Assembly: GCA_021613535.1 (NCBI GenBank)
Contig: CP075496.1
Location: forward strand, 7,378,001 to 7,442,000
DNA from: Adineta vaga
Taxonomy: Eukaryota > Animalia > Rotifera
Direction of reading: 5' to 3'
Length of the DNA stretch: 64,000 nt
The notes beneath the pieces were generated by a model, which saw only the letters and a program-made list of their open reading frames with translations, was not told the DNA's origin and ran no database searches. A program made the position numbers and the translations under genes. Within the stretch, counting starts at the first letter, position 1; each line of letters opens with the position of its first letter. Of the stretch, positions 49,666 to 61,394 are shown in pieces.

Positions 49666-50472
49666 ATGGATAGTTCCTGGTATTTCTTCTATGTTGTTTT
49701 ATTAATCTTTTCAATTGTACCATTATATCGTAGTCAAACAGATGTGTCTATTACCGAACCAAGATTAACAAGCACTGTTGCCGTCAATTCGACAGCTTTG
49801 ACAGTTAATTGGCAATTTGCAAATTCTAGTATTGATCAATCGGACTTAATTCGGGTTTATATAACCATTTTAGAATATTTTACTAAATATACTACGACTG
49901 TTTATTCAACAAATTATACATATACAACAAATAAAACGATTACTAGTTGGACACAAAATTTCCCACTTGTTAATGCTTTTTATTCTGTCTGTTTTTCAAC
50001 GAATTCAACGATAACGAATTATACTTATTTCGTCAGCACGACACAATGTCAATTAGCTCGAACATGTTCACGACAAAATTCTTCTGTATGTCCAAATGCA
50101 TCTGCAGTAACTATCATATCAAGTGATATAACATCGAATTCATTTCTTATTACTATTAATTGGTATAATGTATTACCAATAATACGAAATTCTACTGTCG
50201 TACAAATTTTAAGCGAGAATTTAAATGCAACATTTGTGAGTATACTAACCAATGATACATATATTATTGAATCCTATCGATTTTCTAATCGACAATCACT
50301 AACAACGTATGCGATCAATACATTGATTAGTTATACACTTTTAAATCAAATCAAAACAGAAAGTTATGTTCTCTCAGTAACAACATCTCGTTCATCCAAA
50401 AACTTTTTAACCAGTGACATATTGATTTTCGGTGCTTCTATTCTTTCTATTTTCTTAATAAAATTTCACTGA
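49666..50472 (+). CDS. Orphan Ser/Thr-rich surface glycoprotein (signal peptide, FN3-like character, hydrophobic C-terminus)
   Basis: 268-aa intronless ORF; N-terminal hydrophobic signal, many N-x-S/T sequons, 'NSTALTVNW' and 'SNSFLITINW' strands, C-terminal hydrophobic tail. Confidence 0.7.
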   Translation: MDSSWYFFYVVLLIFSIVPLYRSQTDVSITEPRLTSTVAVNSTALTVNWQFANSSIDQSDLIRVYITILEYFTKYTTTVYSTNYTYTTNKTITSWTQNFPLVNAFYSVCFSTNSTITNYTYFVSTTQCQLARTCSRQNSSVCPNASAVTIISSDITSNSFLITINWYNVLPIIRNSTVVQILSENLNATFVSILTNDTYIIESYRFSNRQSLTTYAINTLISYTLLNQIKTESYVLSVTTSRSSKNFLTSDILIFGASILSIFLIKFH

Positions 50473-52088
50473 TATTTCAATGTGTAGTATCAAAAATGAA
50501 TTCGTCTATTTTTATTTGCTAATAAATAATTCATTCCATTCATTTTTTTTTCTCTTCAAATATTACAATGATTGTTCATTTGTTGTTTTTGGTATACAAA
50601 TATTATTCATGTTTCATTTCTTTTTTATACACACATTTTTGAATACAAGTCTTTACGCTTTGTATATATATATATATATTGAAAAAGCGGTATCAAGGAG
50701 ATTTTCAAGGTTTATCAAAGATTATTATGTCTTTTTACTTGATTTACAAAATTGCTATAGAGGAAAATGATTGTATGAAATTATGCTAATCAAACTTGTG
50801 CTTTATTAACGATACATAAGTTTGTTTATTTTTGCACACATAAAGAAAAAGGTTGACCTTAGTGTGTGATTCACTGTAAGAATAACAAAGTCGAATATTT
50901 AAGTTCCTTCTATAATAAGGACAAAGACTTGTTTTTAAGGAGAAAATAAACATTACTAACGAAATAACCTCCTGTTTTATTTAATAATTTTGAAATAATT
51001 GAATGTTCTAAGCCATTTCTTATGTCAATATTGTTTATACACACAAGAGTGCAAAAATAATTGCCGATAAACTTTTCAAGATTCTTCTGATAGAAGTATC
51101 AGATATTAAGACATTTTAATACTGTTGATTTACATGAGTAATGTACTCTACAGATACAGTAATCATTAATATTTTGGAACTCTCGATGAGTTTACACGAG
51201 ACGAGAACTTTACGCTCATGGAAGCTGTTAAAAGATCTATAAGTTACGCATGAGTTTCACTCCATTTCTTATGTCAGAATCTTTTCGATTCATCGATATC
51301 TCGAAGTTTATGATTGATATCAATTTGATTTGAATGATCTGGTAGAATGACACAACTAAATTGAGACTTCCGCTATCGAGTAGTCAAACAGTTATTTCAC
51401 CCATATAGGGCTGATGAATTATCTTGTCAGCCTCAATACAACACAGTGATATGCTCCTCGGTCTTGAAAATTTTGTTGTAACTAATATTGTTAAAGATCT
51501 TTGTTATACATTAGTTTCAAACCAACTTCCATTAATCATCGTTACAATAATGTAATATGATTGTTTGGTCAGATCGTATCTACCATTTGCAAATAATCTG
51601 AAAGTAATCGCTTGAAAAACTTACGAAACAGTTCTAAAGAAAGTCTATGCACTAAATGGCAATTGTTTTTGCACCTTAATGTATATACAGAAACAAATCA
51701 AAACAACACTTGATTAGAACTTATTTGAATGAAAGTACCATCACTATAACTTTAACATGTCACCTGACTTTTGATCTATCTGAATACAAATGTAGAGATA
51801 AAGAGAGAATTGAAGAAACTCAATATATTACTTTTGATAGCATTGAAATAAATATAATCATTGAAGCTATTCGATGAACTGTTAATATAAACCGATAAAA
51901 TAACAAGGTATGTTCGAATCTTCCAATAGATTTTAGTGAATGGTAATACATAATTTTCTGTAGAACTCTACAATTGTTTTGTGCATGATCAAGACATCTT
52001 AAATGATTCAGAACAAAAATTTCTGTGTTATAACTAATGCAAAAAAACTAAGCTTTTTCCAGAATAGTATCACATGATATTTGATTTA

Positions 52089-52838
52089 TTATTTTCTAAG
52101 AGGTAAAGCTAATTTCAATGCAAAATAAATAATAAGTATTAAAAGTATACAAGCACTAATCACAATTGTGATAAAAATCCATTTCGTGCATCTTGTACGT
52201 TTTCTTACATTGACCACTGTTTGTATATCTTCTTTTGTTTTACAGACCATTTCATCTGCTGTAGTCAAGGATTGTTCAATCGTTGTGATTGCCGCTCCTT
52301 GTTGATGTACGAGATTGTTCATATCAATAAATGTTTCTCGTAAACCAGTTAAATCATGTTCTAAAGTCGAAATAGTCACTGAACGTTGATGTATAAGATC
52401 TAATTCGAATTGTGCATCTAATGGATCTTTTTCGATTAATTTCATCAATTGTTCTTGTTGTTCAGTTGGAATCGATTCGAAATGACTTTGTTTATATTCA
52501 TAACCAAATGTAATTCGAGAATATTGTTGAATTCGTTCGAATTTATTTCGATTTTTTTCTAGAGTTGTTTTCATAACATCTAAACGTTTTTTACAATTGA
52601 GAGCAAATGATGATTGATCTAAGATTGCAATAGATGAATAAAGATATTCAATTTGAGAAGTAATATTATTTAATTCTTGAAAATAGATTATTTGGTCAGA
52701 TGAAATTGGATTTATTAATAATTTTTGAGCAACTTTTTCAACCACTTGCAGAGATTTACTTAAATCATTTATAAGACGTTCGCAACCATTTAAATTTCGT
52801 TGAAAATCAACTTTATCAATAATAATCTTACTTGTCAT
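52089..52838 (-). CDS. Syntaxin-like Qa-SNARE (STX7/12-like), intronless
   Basis: SNARE motif 'ISTLEHDLTGLRETFIDMNNLVHQQGAAITTIE' with zero-layer Gln, basic linker and C-terminal TM anchor. Confidence 0.85.
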   Translation of the reverse strand: MTSKIIIDKVDFQRNLNGCERLINDLSKSLQVVEKVAQKLLINPISSDQIIYFQELNNITSQIEYLYSSIAILDQSSFALNCKKRLDVMKTTLEKNRNKFERIQQYSRITFGYEYKQSHFESIPTEQQEQLMKLIEKDPLDAQFELDLIHQRSVTISTLEHDLTGLRETFIDMNNLVHQQGAAITTIEQSLTTADEMVCKTKEDIQTVVNVRKRTRCTKWIFITIVISACILLILIIYFALKLALPLRK

Positions 52839-53263
52839 TTTCGATGAGAAAACGATGGATTTCGTTTTTCTCTCTCAATAGAAGAATAATGCCAATGATG
52901 CACAAAGAAACAAAACAGAAAGTCAGAGAGAATAAATAAATCATCAACGTGCGGGTATGCCTCATGTCGACATTTCAACGTGTTCTCAGATTTTGTTTTA
53001 TCAAACAAACATAGCTACCATTAGATGTTGTCTATGTGAGAAATTTGCTTTGTTCTCACATTTAATGTAATATGTGGATGAATCATAATGGGAAGAGAAG
53101 AGAAAGCGTTTTGTCTTTCGTTTTTCGGATTATATGTAAACTGAATCATAGATAACGTTGTTTTTGCTTATTTTTGAGTCAATAAAAAGAGAATCTATAT
53201 GAAAATAGTTTCATGATCAGTCATAAAATCTTGATAAGATCGTTTAAATTGCTTTTTATTTTT

Positions 53264-53711
53264 TTATTTATCAAAAAAATCATTAATATCTAATGTACTA
53301 TTTGTGCTTTGTTGGGAATTTGCCGTAGTTTGAGTATTATTTTCCATTGTCGTATTTAATAATGTTTGTGTAAGTAATTCACTTGTGAGTGTTTTTGATG
53401 GAGTATTATTTTCTCTATTTACACGAGCACAATCGGCAATAAGTGAACGAATCTAAAACATTTGTATGAGTAAATTAAAATAATCAAAGTAAAAATCTTT
53501 TTACCATTGTTTCAAATGATAAGGAAAGTAATTTGACAAGACGTTCATCATGAGAAGATATCCCTAAGCGTCTAAGATGATGTTGAATTAATGATACACG
53601 AAAACATGGTTCATATTTATATAAATGAGTACATAATTGTTCGATATCTTCAACAGTAGCAAGATCTTCTTCATCGGTACTCGCAGGTGTATTAACCGTA
53701 CGCGAAGCCAT
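53264..53711 (-). CDS. Divergent TAF10-like histone-fold protein; exons 53711-53505 and 53452-53264
   Basis: 'LYKYEPCF..SLIQHHLRRLGISSHDERLVKLLSL..ETMIRSLIADC...TLTSELL' parallels the TAF10 pattern 'LEDYTPTIP...YYLNRAGFEASDPRIIRLISL...TLTMEDL'. Confidence 0.65.
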
Positions 53712-55025
53712 TTAGAGTTTCTTTTCTATCGAAATGATGACAAATTAATTCTTCTCCTCAACAATATAAATTTGTTCAGCTTTTGCTGACTGGGTGGAGT
53801 ATTTAGCCAATAGGATAAGAGCATTAGAGGAATGTCGCTGAATTTCAATTGGAATTTTAGTAGAGAAATTTTTAAACGAAACGAAGAAAATATGCCAGTA
53901 GTAGGTTAAAATAATACAATAATAACAATTATGTAAACTAATTGAGCAATTTAGCATTGATAAGTTTGTCTGGAAAGATAATTTGCGTTACTTGAAAATA
54001 TTCTTGCTTTGATATGAATCAATTTGTATGAAAAATAATTATAGTAATATATTCTCATTTTAATATATTGTTATTTGTTTTCACTTGAATAAATATTCAT
54101 TAATGAAATGTATTCAAGGTTGTCATTGTATTGTTGTTTGTATCAAAAAGTTGGAAAATATAGCAAATCATTGAAAGATACAAGAAGAAACAACCTTGAT
54201 TTATTGTCATACCGATGATGATCTGAAAATATATAGAATCCAAATCTTTGGAATTTAAGCAGCTGAGATGTATGATTACTATGAACATGATAGAATTTCT
54301 TCAAATTTCATTTAGTTCTTTTTATTGACAGTTTGTTTGCATTGCTACGATGCGACCTTGTTGTGCAAAGATGTTGTGAAAGACCTTAATTGTATTGTGG
54401 GACTGAAAAATCGTTTATTTGCACGGATATCAATGAATTCGAAAATATGTATCAACCTTGTAGTGAAATTATCATAATAGAAAATGCATTGAAGACGTCA
54501 ATTATAATCTGATGACGTTAATAAACAACTTTTGAAATGAATTATCAATTCGCATAGGGTTGATCAGTATACAGCACATATTCATGATACGTGATTAGCA
54601 GTAAAAATACAATGCGTTTGTTTCTGAATGAATGGACTATTGTCCATGAAAAGCTATTGATGAAAAAGCAATTTTATTTTGATGTGACGTTTGAATTGAT
54701 ATCTTCGTTTTGTCTATGTCTATTTCTGTCCTTGAAGTTTGAAATGATGATTAAGAGTAAAATGTAATACTTTGTCAGATTGTTTACAACCTCTCTTTTG
54801 AGTATAAACAGAATTAATAATGAGAGATAAAACAGTTCTACGTGAATAAAATGAGAGACCTCAAGGATTTTTTAGAACAATAGGAAAAGTATAGATTTGA
54901 CAGATGAAAATGTACAAAGTTGTTTTTTTGTTGTACTAGAACAATGTATTATATGATTCAGAGAAATGAGAAACAAAAGGAGTAAGTGGTTAATGCGGTT
55001 GAATGCTTCTAATCGAATCAAAGAG

Positions 55026-55031
55026 TATAAA
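55026..55031 (+). promoter_or_regulatory. Candidate TATA box of EF-hand/Gly-Ser/Pro paralog A
   Basis: TATAAA ~90 nt upstream of the ATG at 55119. Confidence 0.35.
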
Positions 55032-55118
55032 TATGAATGTAATTAAATGGTTTTATCACACATCTTTATCACAATATTAATACATTATTGTTCATATTAC
55101 TAGTTTAATTAAAATAAA

Positions 55119-56783
55119 ATGGCTGCTGATGCTTTATTCGCTCAAGCTGATGTTAATCACGATCAACGACTTGATATCAATGAATTTCGAAATCTTGCTG
55201 GTGCTGGCGGTGTTGGTGGCGGTTATGGTTCATCCTCGTATCAATCATCATCTTACGGATCATCCGCAACGGATGGTGCCAGTGGCGCTTTCGGTGGTGA
55301 TCTAGCTTATGGTGCAGCTGGAGCTTCACTTGGTGGTGCTGGTTATGGTTCATCATCGTATGAATCCTCATCGTATAATTCATCAGTTGGTAATGCAGGT
55401 GGTGAATATGGAGCCGTTGGTGGTGCTTATGGAGCTACCGGTGGTGCTTATGGAGGAGCAGCAGGATCTGATTATTCATCATCATCACAAACAACATCTG
55501 TTCAACGTTATGAGACTGATGCTCAAGGTCTCTTCAAAGATCCCAATCCACAAATTATTCGTCGTCCTGCACCAGGTGGTGTTCAAACTTATACACAAAA
55601 TATTCGAGTTCGATTTCTTCAACCACCACCTATTCCACCACCAGGCGTATGTTTATTTTCTGACTGCGAATAATCTCCTATTCCTTTCTCTTGTATATTA
55701 TAGCCACTCATCATCAAAGAAGTACGACCACCTCAACCACCACCTCAACCACCTCTCCGTATCCGCCAACAAGCTCCTTCCCTTCCTCAACCACCCCCGC
55801 TTGTTTTACGTGAACGACCACCAGTTCCACCCTCATCAGTTGCCTCCCAAACCGGTAAAAACTCACGATAATATCTTATGCATTCTATTCTTTTTTTTTT
55901 TTTTAAACTGAAATGTTTCTTTCAGTTGTTCGACGATTGGCTGCTCTTCCTGTTCCACCTCGTTCGGTCATCATTGAACGTTTACCAGCACAACCAGCTC
56001 GACCACGTTAGTTTTTAACATTTCTTTTTTTCCTATACATGCATCTAATGTAATATCTATTTCCAGGCGACATCATCATTGAACGTTGGGTTCCATATGG
56101 AGCACAAGCTAAACGAAAAACCATCGTTCAACGTGCAGCAGCAGCTCAACAATATGCTCGACCACGTAATGTTGTCATTCAATATGAACCAGTACAAGTA
56201 CGTGTTGTTCGACAATTTCAACGTCTTGGTGTTACTCAAGAAAATCCATCCGCATACGTACAACGTTATGGTGCATCACTTTTAGATGCTCAAACTTTGG
56301 TACAACAAGCACGTGCTGCTGGTGTTGTTGAAGATATTGTAAGTTATATCATTTTCTAAATTCAATAAAAATTTATCGAATTCATTATCTTTATAGACAG
56401 CACCTGCTGTTGGAGGTGCAATAGCCGGTGGTTTTTCTGCCAGTGCTGGTAGTTTTGATAGTGGACTTGTTGGTAGTGGATCATCTTATGAATCATCATC
56501 ATATTCAGCAACTAATTCTGGTGCTGGTTATGATGCTGGCTTTAATGGTGGATCATCGTTTGAATCATCATCATATTCAGCAACCGGTGATGCATCAGGA
56601 TTTGGTGCTGGTGTCGTAGCTGATGGTGGGTTTGGTGGTGCTAGTTCATATGAAGCCTCATCATCATACAGTTCATCAACTGGTGGTGCTTTTGGTGGCT
56701 CAAGTGACGCTGCATTTGCTTCTGCTGATACAAATCAAGATGGTGTTTTATCACGTGGTGAATTTCATAATGCTGGATATTAA
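55119..56783 (+). CDS. Uncharacterised protein: terminal EF-hands, Gly/Ser/Tyr low-complexity arms, Pro-rich 'IIERW' core (paralog A); 5 exons
   Basis: N-terminal DVNHDQRLDINEF, C-terminal DTNQDGVLSRGEF, core QNIRVRFLQPPP...RSVIIERLP...RDIIIERWVPY...RNVVIQYEP; in-phase GT-AG introns. Confidence 0.85.
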
Positions 56784-58379
56784 AGTATAACATTTCTTTA
56801 ATTATTTTCTATTTTATTTTCTATTTTTTATAATTTTGTTTAGATCAACACAACTGATATCAAAAAAATGAATGGAATGTATTAATCTTCCGCATAAACA
56901 ACAAACTTTCATTCATATTAGATAGTTATTTTTCTTTTAATTTTCTCTACTTTTCAAATTAGTCTTGAAAATTTTTTCTCGTTTATATATTAATCTTTTC
57001 TAAACAAATTTTTAATTACATCTAGGTAAAATTTAAAATAAAAAATAGGGTGACATATGTGTGATGGTGAATTAATATTGGTCAATATTGTTGTAAACAT
57101 CATAAAATTAAAATTTTAATTAGCTTGCTGTTTTATTTATTGAAATAGAATAAAAGCGAGACAGAAACTGAATAATGACAACTGAATAAGTATTAGTCTA
57201 TCTATATATCAAAGTAATAGAAAGGAAAATGAATGAATAAATAATGAAGAGAAAAAATATAATCAATCAGAATGACAAAAAGAAGCAGAACGAATGCGTA
57301 TCATATTAAAGAAATGGTGGAAAAAAACGAAAAGAGAAGGAGGTATTCTTGTCCTTGTCCGTATCACAAGAATTTATACGAATCAATAGCTTCTTTTTTC
57401 GTTTTGACGATTTGTGAAAAGCAATTCAACTTGATCAGATATTTTAGGTGCTAAAATGAATATATGAATCGTAGAGGAAAAAAATGTTTTTTTTTCTTGA
57501 TATTTACCGATTTTGAAACTGTGAACTGAGAAATTGACGAAATTCATTGGGATCAAGTGTACCATCTTTATTCAAATCTGCTTCATTAAAGGCAATAGTT
57601 GCTGGATCATTATCATCCAAACTAACACCACCAGTTGTTGCATTATAACTTTCATACCCAGATGCACTAGCACCAACAAAATCTGCTCCCGGTGATGCCA
57701 TGCGAGCACCTTGTGAGGCAAACGAAGCTCTTTCATATGATGTTGCTCCGTAACCGTTTCCACCAATTGTACTACCTTGTGTTGGATCAAAAGCTGAGAA
57801 GCTAGCATTTCTATGTTGACTACCACTACGACTACGATTCAATGAGTGAGCAGGTGATGCTGCTGTACCAATATCACCGGTTGCTGAAAAATCAGCACCA
57901 CCAGTTGCATAATCCACACCTTCACCTGTATATTCAGCAGCACTAGCTGAAAAATCAATACTACCGTTTGAATGATCAATACCTCCGTTTAGATCAATAC
58001 CTCCGCTTGTGAGATCGGCAGTGCCACTGGCAAGATCAATACCACTAGTTGCTCCAACAGCAGAACTTGCACTGTTAAATTCACCATTGAGTGATGTTGA
58101 ACTTCCTGTAGGACTAGGACCAGTTTTTGGTGGCGACTGAAGATTATTGAAAGAAAGAAAGAAACAGATATATGAATACATAGGTATGATAATACGTTCT
58201 AGAATTGTTACTTACAATATCTTCAACAACACCAGCAGCACGTGCTTGTTGTACTAGAGTTTGAGCTTCTAAAAGTGATGCACCATAACGTTGTACGTAT
58301 GCAGATGGATTTTCTTGAGTAACACCAAGACGTTGAAATTGTCGAACAACACGTACTTGTACTGGTTCATATTGAATGA
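56175..58379. repeat. Inverted repeat, arms 56175-56344 and 58210-58379 (170 nt, 4 mismatches)
   Basis: Manual alignment of one arm with the reverse complement of the other. The arms lie in homologous exons of the two paralogs. Confidence 0.9.
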
Positions 58380-59608
58380 TGATATTACGTGGTTTTGGAT
58401 AGTCTTTAGGTGCTTCCGCTCGTTGAACGATAGTTTTTCGTTTGGCTGACGATGTGTATGGAACCCATCGTTCGATGATAATATCACCTAATTGCAATTA
58501 TTCACCTTATCGTTGTAATATGCGAAACAAAATAAAATGAAATAACTTACGTGGTTTCGGTGGCAATGCTGGTAGGCGTTCGATAATTACTGATCGAGGT
58601 GGAACAGGAATAGCAGGTAAACGACGAACAACTAACGAGAAAATTTCGTAAAAAATATAGTTCAAATAAGTGTTTTCTCGGTTTTACCAGTTTGAGAACC
58701 CATATTCGTTGGTGGCGCTGGTGGTTTTTCACGTAAAATAAGTGGAGGTGGTTGAGGAGGAGCTGGTGCTTGTTGACGCACACGAAGAGGTGGTGGTGGT
58801 GGTGGTTGAGGTGGTCGTACTTCTTTGATAATAAGTGGCTAAAAATTGTGAAATATAAACAAAACGTAGTGTTTGATTCAAAAGAATTTTTACGCCAGGT
58901 GGTGCAATAGGTGGTGGTTGAAGAAATCGAATTTTCACATTTTGTGTATATGTTACAGGTCCACCTTGGGCTGGTCGTCGAATAATTTGTGGATTAGGAT
59001 CTTGATAGAGATTTTGTCCATTAGCACCATTGACCTGTAGTTGATTTTGTGAGCCAGTTGTTTCGAATGTTGATGCAGAAGCACCCGTTGCTTCACCGTT
59101 GAAACCTACAGCAGATGCTGAGCTTGTTTCAATACCGCCGGCTGCATAGCTAGTCGCTGAACTAAGATCAAACCCACCAACACCTGTTGATGTGTTGGCA
59201 TCAAAGCCATTCACATCAATACCAGATGTTGGTGTGAAAGATGATCGTTCATACGAACTATAGCTTCCCTCGCAACCGACATTACCTGCTTCATTCAAAC
59301 CAGTTCCTCCTAATGCGCCGTTGCTACCGAAACTTCCACTGGCAGCATTTACTTCACCATAGCCGGCATGTGCAGACGATTCATATGAACTTGAAGAATA
59401 TTGATTCACTCCAGTCGTACTTCCTGAAAAATTATTTGCTGATCCTGCTCCCAAACTTTGTGCAATAAGATTACGAAATTCATTGAAATCAAGTCGTTGA
59501 TCTTTATTAAGATCTGTTTAAGAAAGAAAAAGAAAATCATATAAGACATACTTAAATAAGAGAAAACAATTCATCAGTACCAGCTTGGTTAAACACGGCG
59601 TCAACCAT
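57504..59608 (-). CDS. Paralog B of the EF-hand/Gly-Ser/Pro-rich 'IIERW' protein, tail-to-tail with paralog A; 6 exons
   Basis: MVDAVFNQAD|LNKDQRLDFNEF, same core and core intron positions, C-terminal DLNKDGTLDPNEF. Confidence 0.85.
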
Positions 59609-60255
59609 AATTATACGAATATGCCACCAAGAGTACTAGTCAACAAGAAACGTATATGTAACACTTGTTTGCTTGTCATTTTAAATACTATCATTAAAAT
59701 CAATGAAGCAAACCGCATACTACAAGGTCATTTTTTGGCCACATTTGCCGTTTCACATACAAAGCTATTTTGATGGCAACTTTCTTGCATTCATATTTTC
59801 ACTTCCTCTCGTTCTTCATACACTCTCCTTTTACCGCAACTATCATTTCTACGAACAAAAAAAAGTTAATTACTTGTCAATATCTCTTTTTCTCCTGTGT
59901 CGATGATAATCATCAACTACTTTCAACACTGTGAAACCATCATTAACAGATAGGTAAGTAATTATGAAGTAAATTGTAAAACGTCTTCCTTCCGATTAGT
60001 TACAGACGTGCAACAACGATAAATATATATATATACATATACATGTAGTGTGAGACGTCGATTTATCAGGGTTTTTATGCTTATTAGACTCTGTTTATTT
60101 TGATGGTTGCCATTTTATACGTACGGTATTCTAATGTAAAATTAGTTAATTATCATACCGATGTACAACAAATAACAAGTCGAAAAATGCGCCTATTTAA
60201 AAATATTCAACTAGTAAATGAATCGAATTCATTTGGATTTTTTCAATTAATTATC

Positions 60256-61394
60256 ATGTCGTATCAAATAGAAGATCGGCAACATATTCTACGTACACAA
60301 CCGCAATCATTGATTGTGAATCATACAGATGGAAATGGAGTAGGAATAAATATGAAAACGACGACATTGACAGTCGAAGATTTTATTTATCGTGCACGTT
60401 TAGCAGAAAAAGCTTTACGATATGAAGATATGCTAATTCAAATGAGACATGTACTCGATTTAAAAAAGAAATTAACTCCCGATGAAAGAAATCTACTTGT
60501 TGTTGCTTATAAAAATGCGGTGACAACACGACGAACAGGTGTGTGTGTGTGTGTTTGTTTGTGTGTATGTGTGTGTATGTTCGATACTATCGGTAGATGA
60601 TATCTTGTTCTTGTTTTCGTCTTGATAGCAATTCGTCATCTGTCAACTTATTGTAAAAAACTTGATGAAGTCAAATTAATACAGGTGATAATTGAGAAAA
60701 ATATATTAGATATTGAAGAAAAAATGTGATTTATATTAGATTTGTGAACAATATCGAGACGAAATTGCTAATGAATTATGGAATCTATGTCAAGAATTAT
60801 TAAGTAAAAACAAAAAAAGAAAAAGAGACGATTGAATTGAAATTCATTTTTTTTTCTCAATAATTTAATTGATTCTTTTCTTTTATGATCGAAGCAATTG
60901 TTAAAGACGTTCTAACACCAAATGCACGAAATGATGCAGAACAAATCGCTTTTTATGAACGTATGAAAGGTGATTTTATTCGATATGAAATTGAAATAGC
61001 TTCAACAAATCTCCGTGAATCATTACAAAATGAAGCCAATGTTTGTTATTTAAATGCAAAAGAATTAGCAGAAAATCATCTACCTGCATATCATCCTGTT
61101 CGTGTGGGTATTATGCTTAATTATTCGGTTTTTTGTTTCAATTCAAAATCGAAAGCTGATAATGCTTTAAAAATAGCTAAACAAGCGTATGAAGTAAAAT
61201 CAATTTGATTTACAAAAACAACATAAAAAAATAAAACATACAATACATTTTTGTTTTTTCAGGAAGCATTAGCTGATTATGATCAATTACATAATGAAGA
61301 AATGCGTCGTGATGCACATGCATTGATGAAATCACTTCAAAATAATATGAAACATTTTGCCAAAGGTCCGGGTAGTGATGTTGAAGAAATCTAA
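60256..61394 (+). CDS. Divergent 14-3-3-like protein; 5 exons
   Basis: RARLAEKALRYEDM, LTPDERNLLVVAYKN, MKGDFIRY, LPAYHPVRVGIMLNYSVF, AKQAYEEA. Confidence 0.9.
60539..60579. repeat. Imperfect (GT)n microsatellite at the 5' end of a 14-3-3 intron
   Basis: Direct read. Confidence 0.8.

Noticed and set aside
55177-59468. His/Gln/Met-rich alternative-frame ORFs in the paralog pair
   Set aside because: By-products of TCA/GGT-rich low-complexity codons in the real frame.
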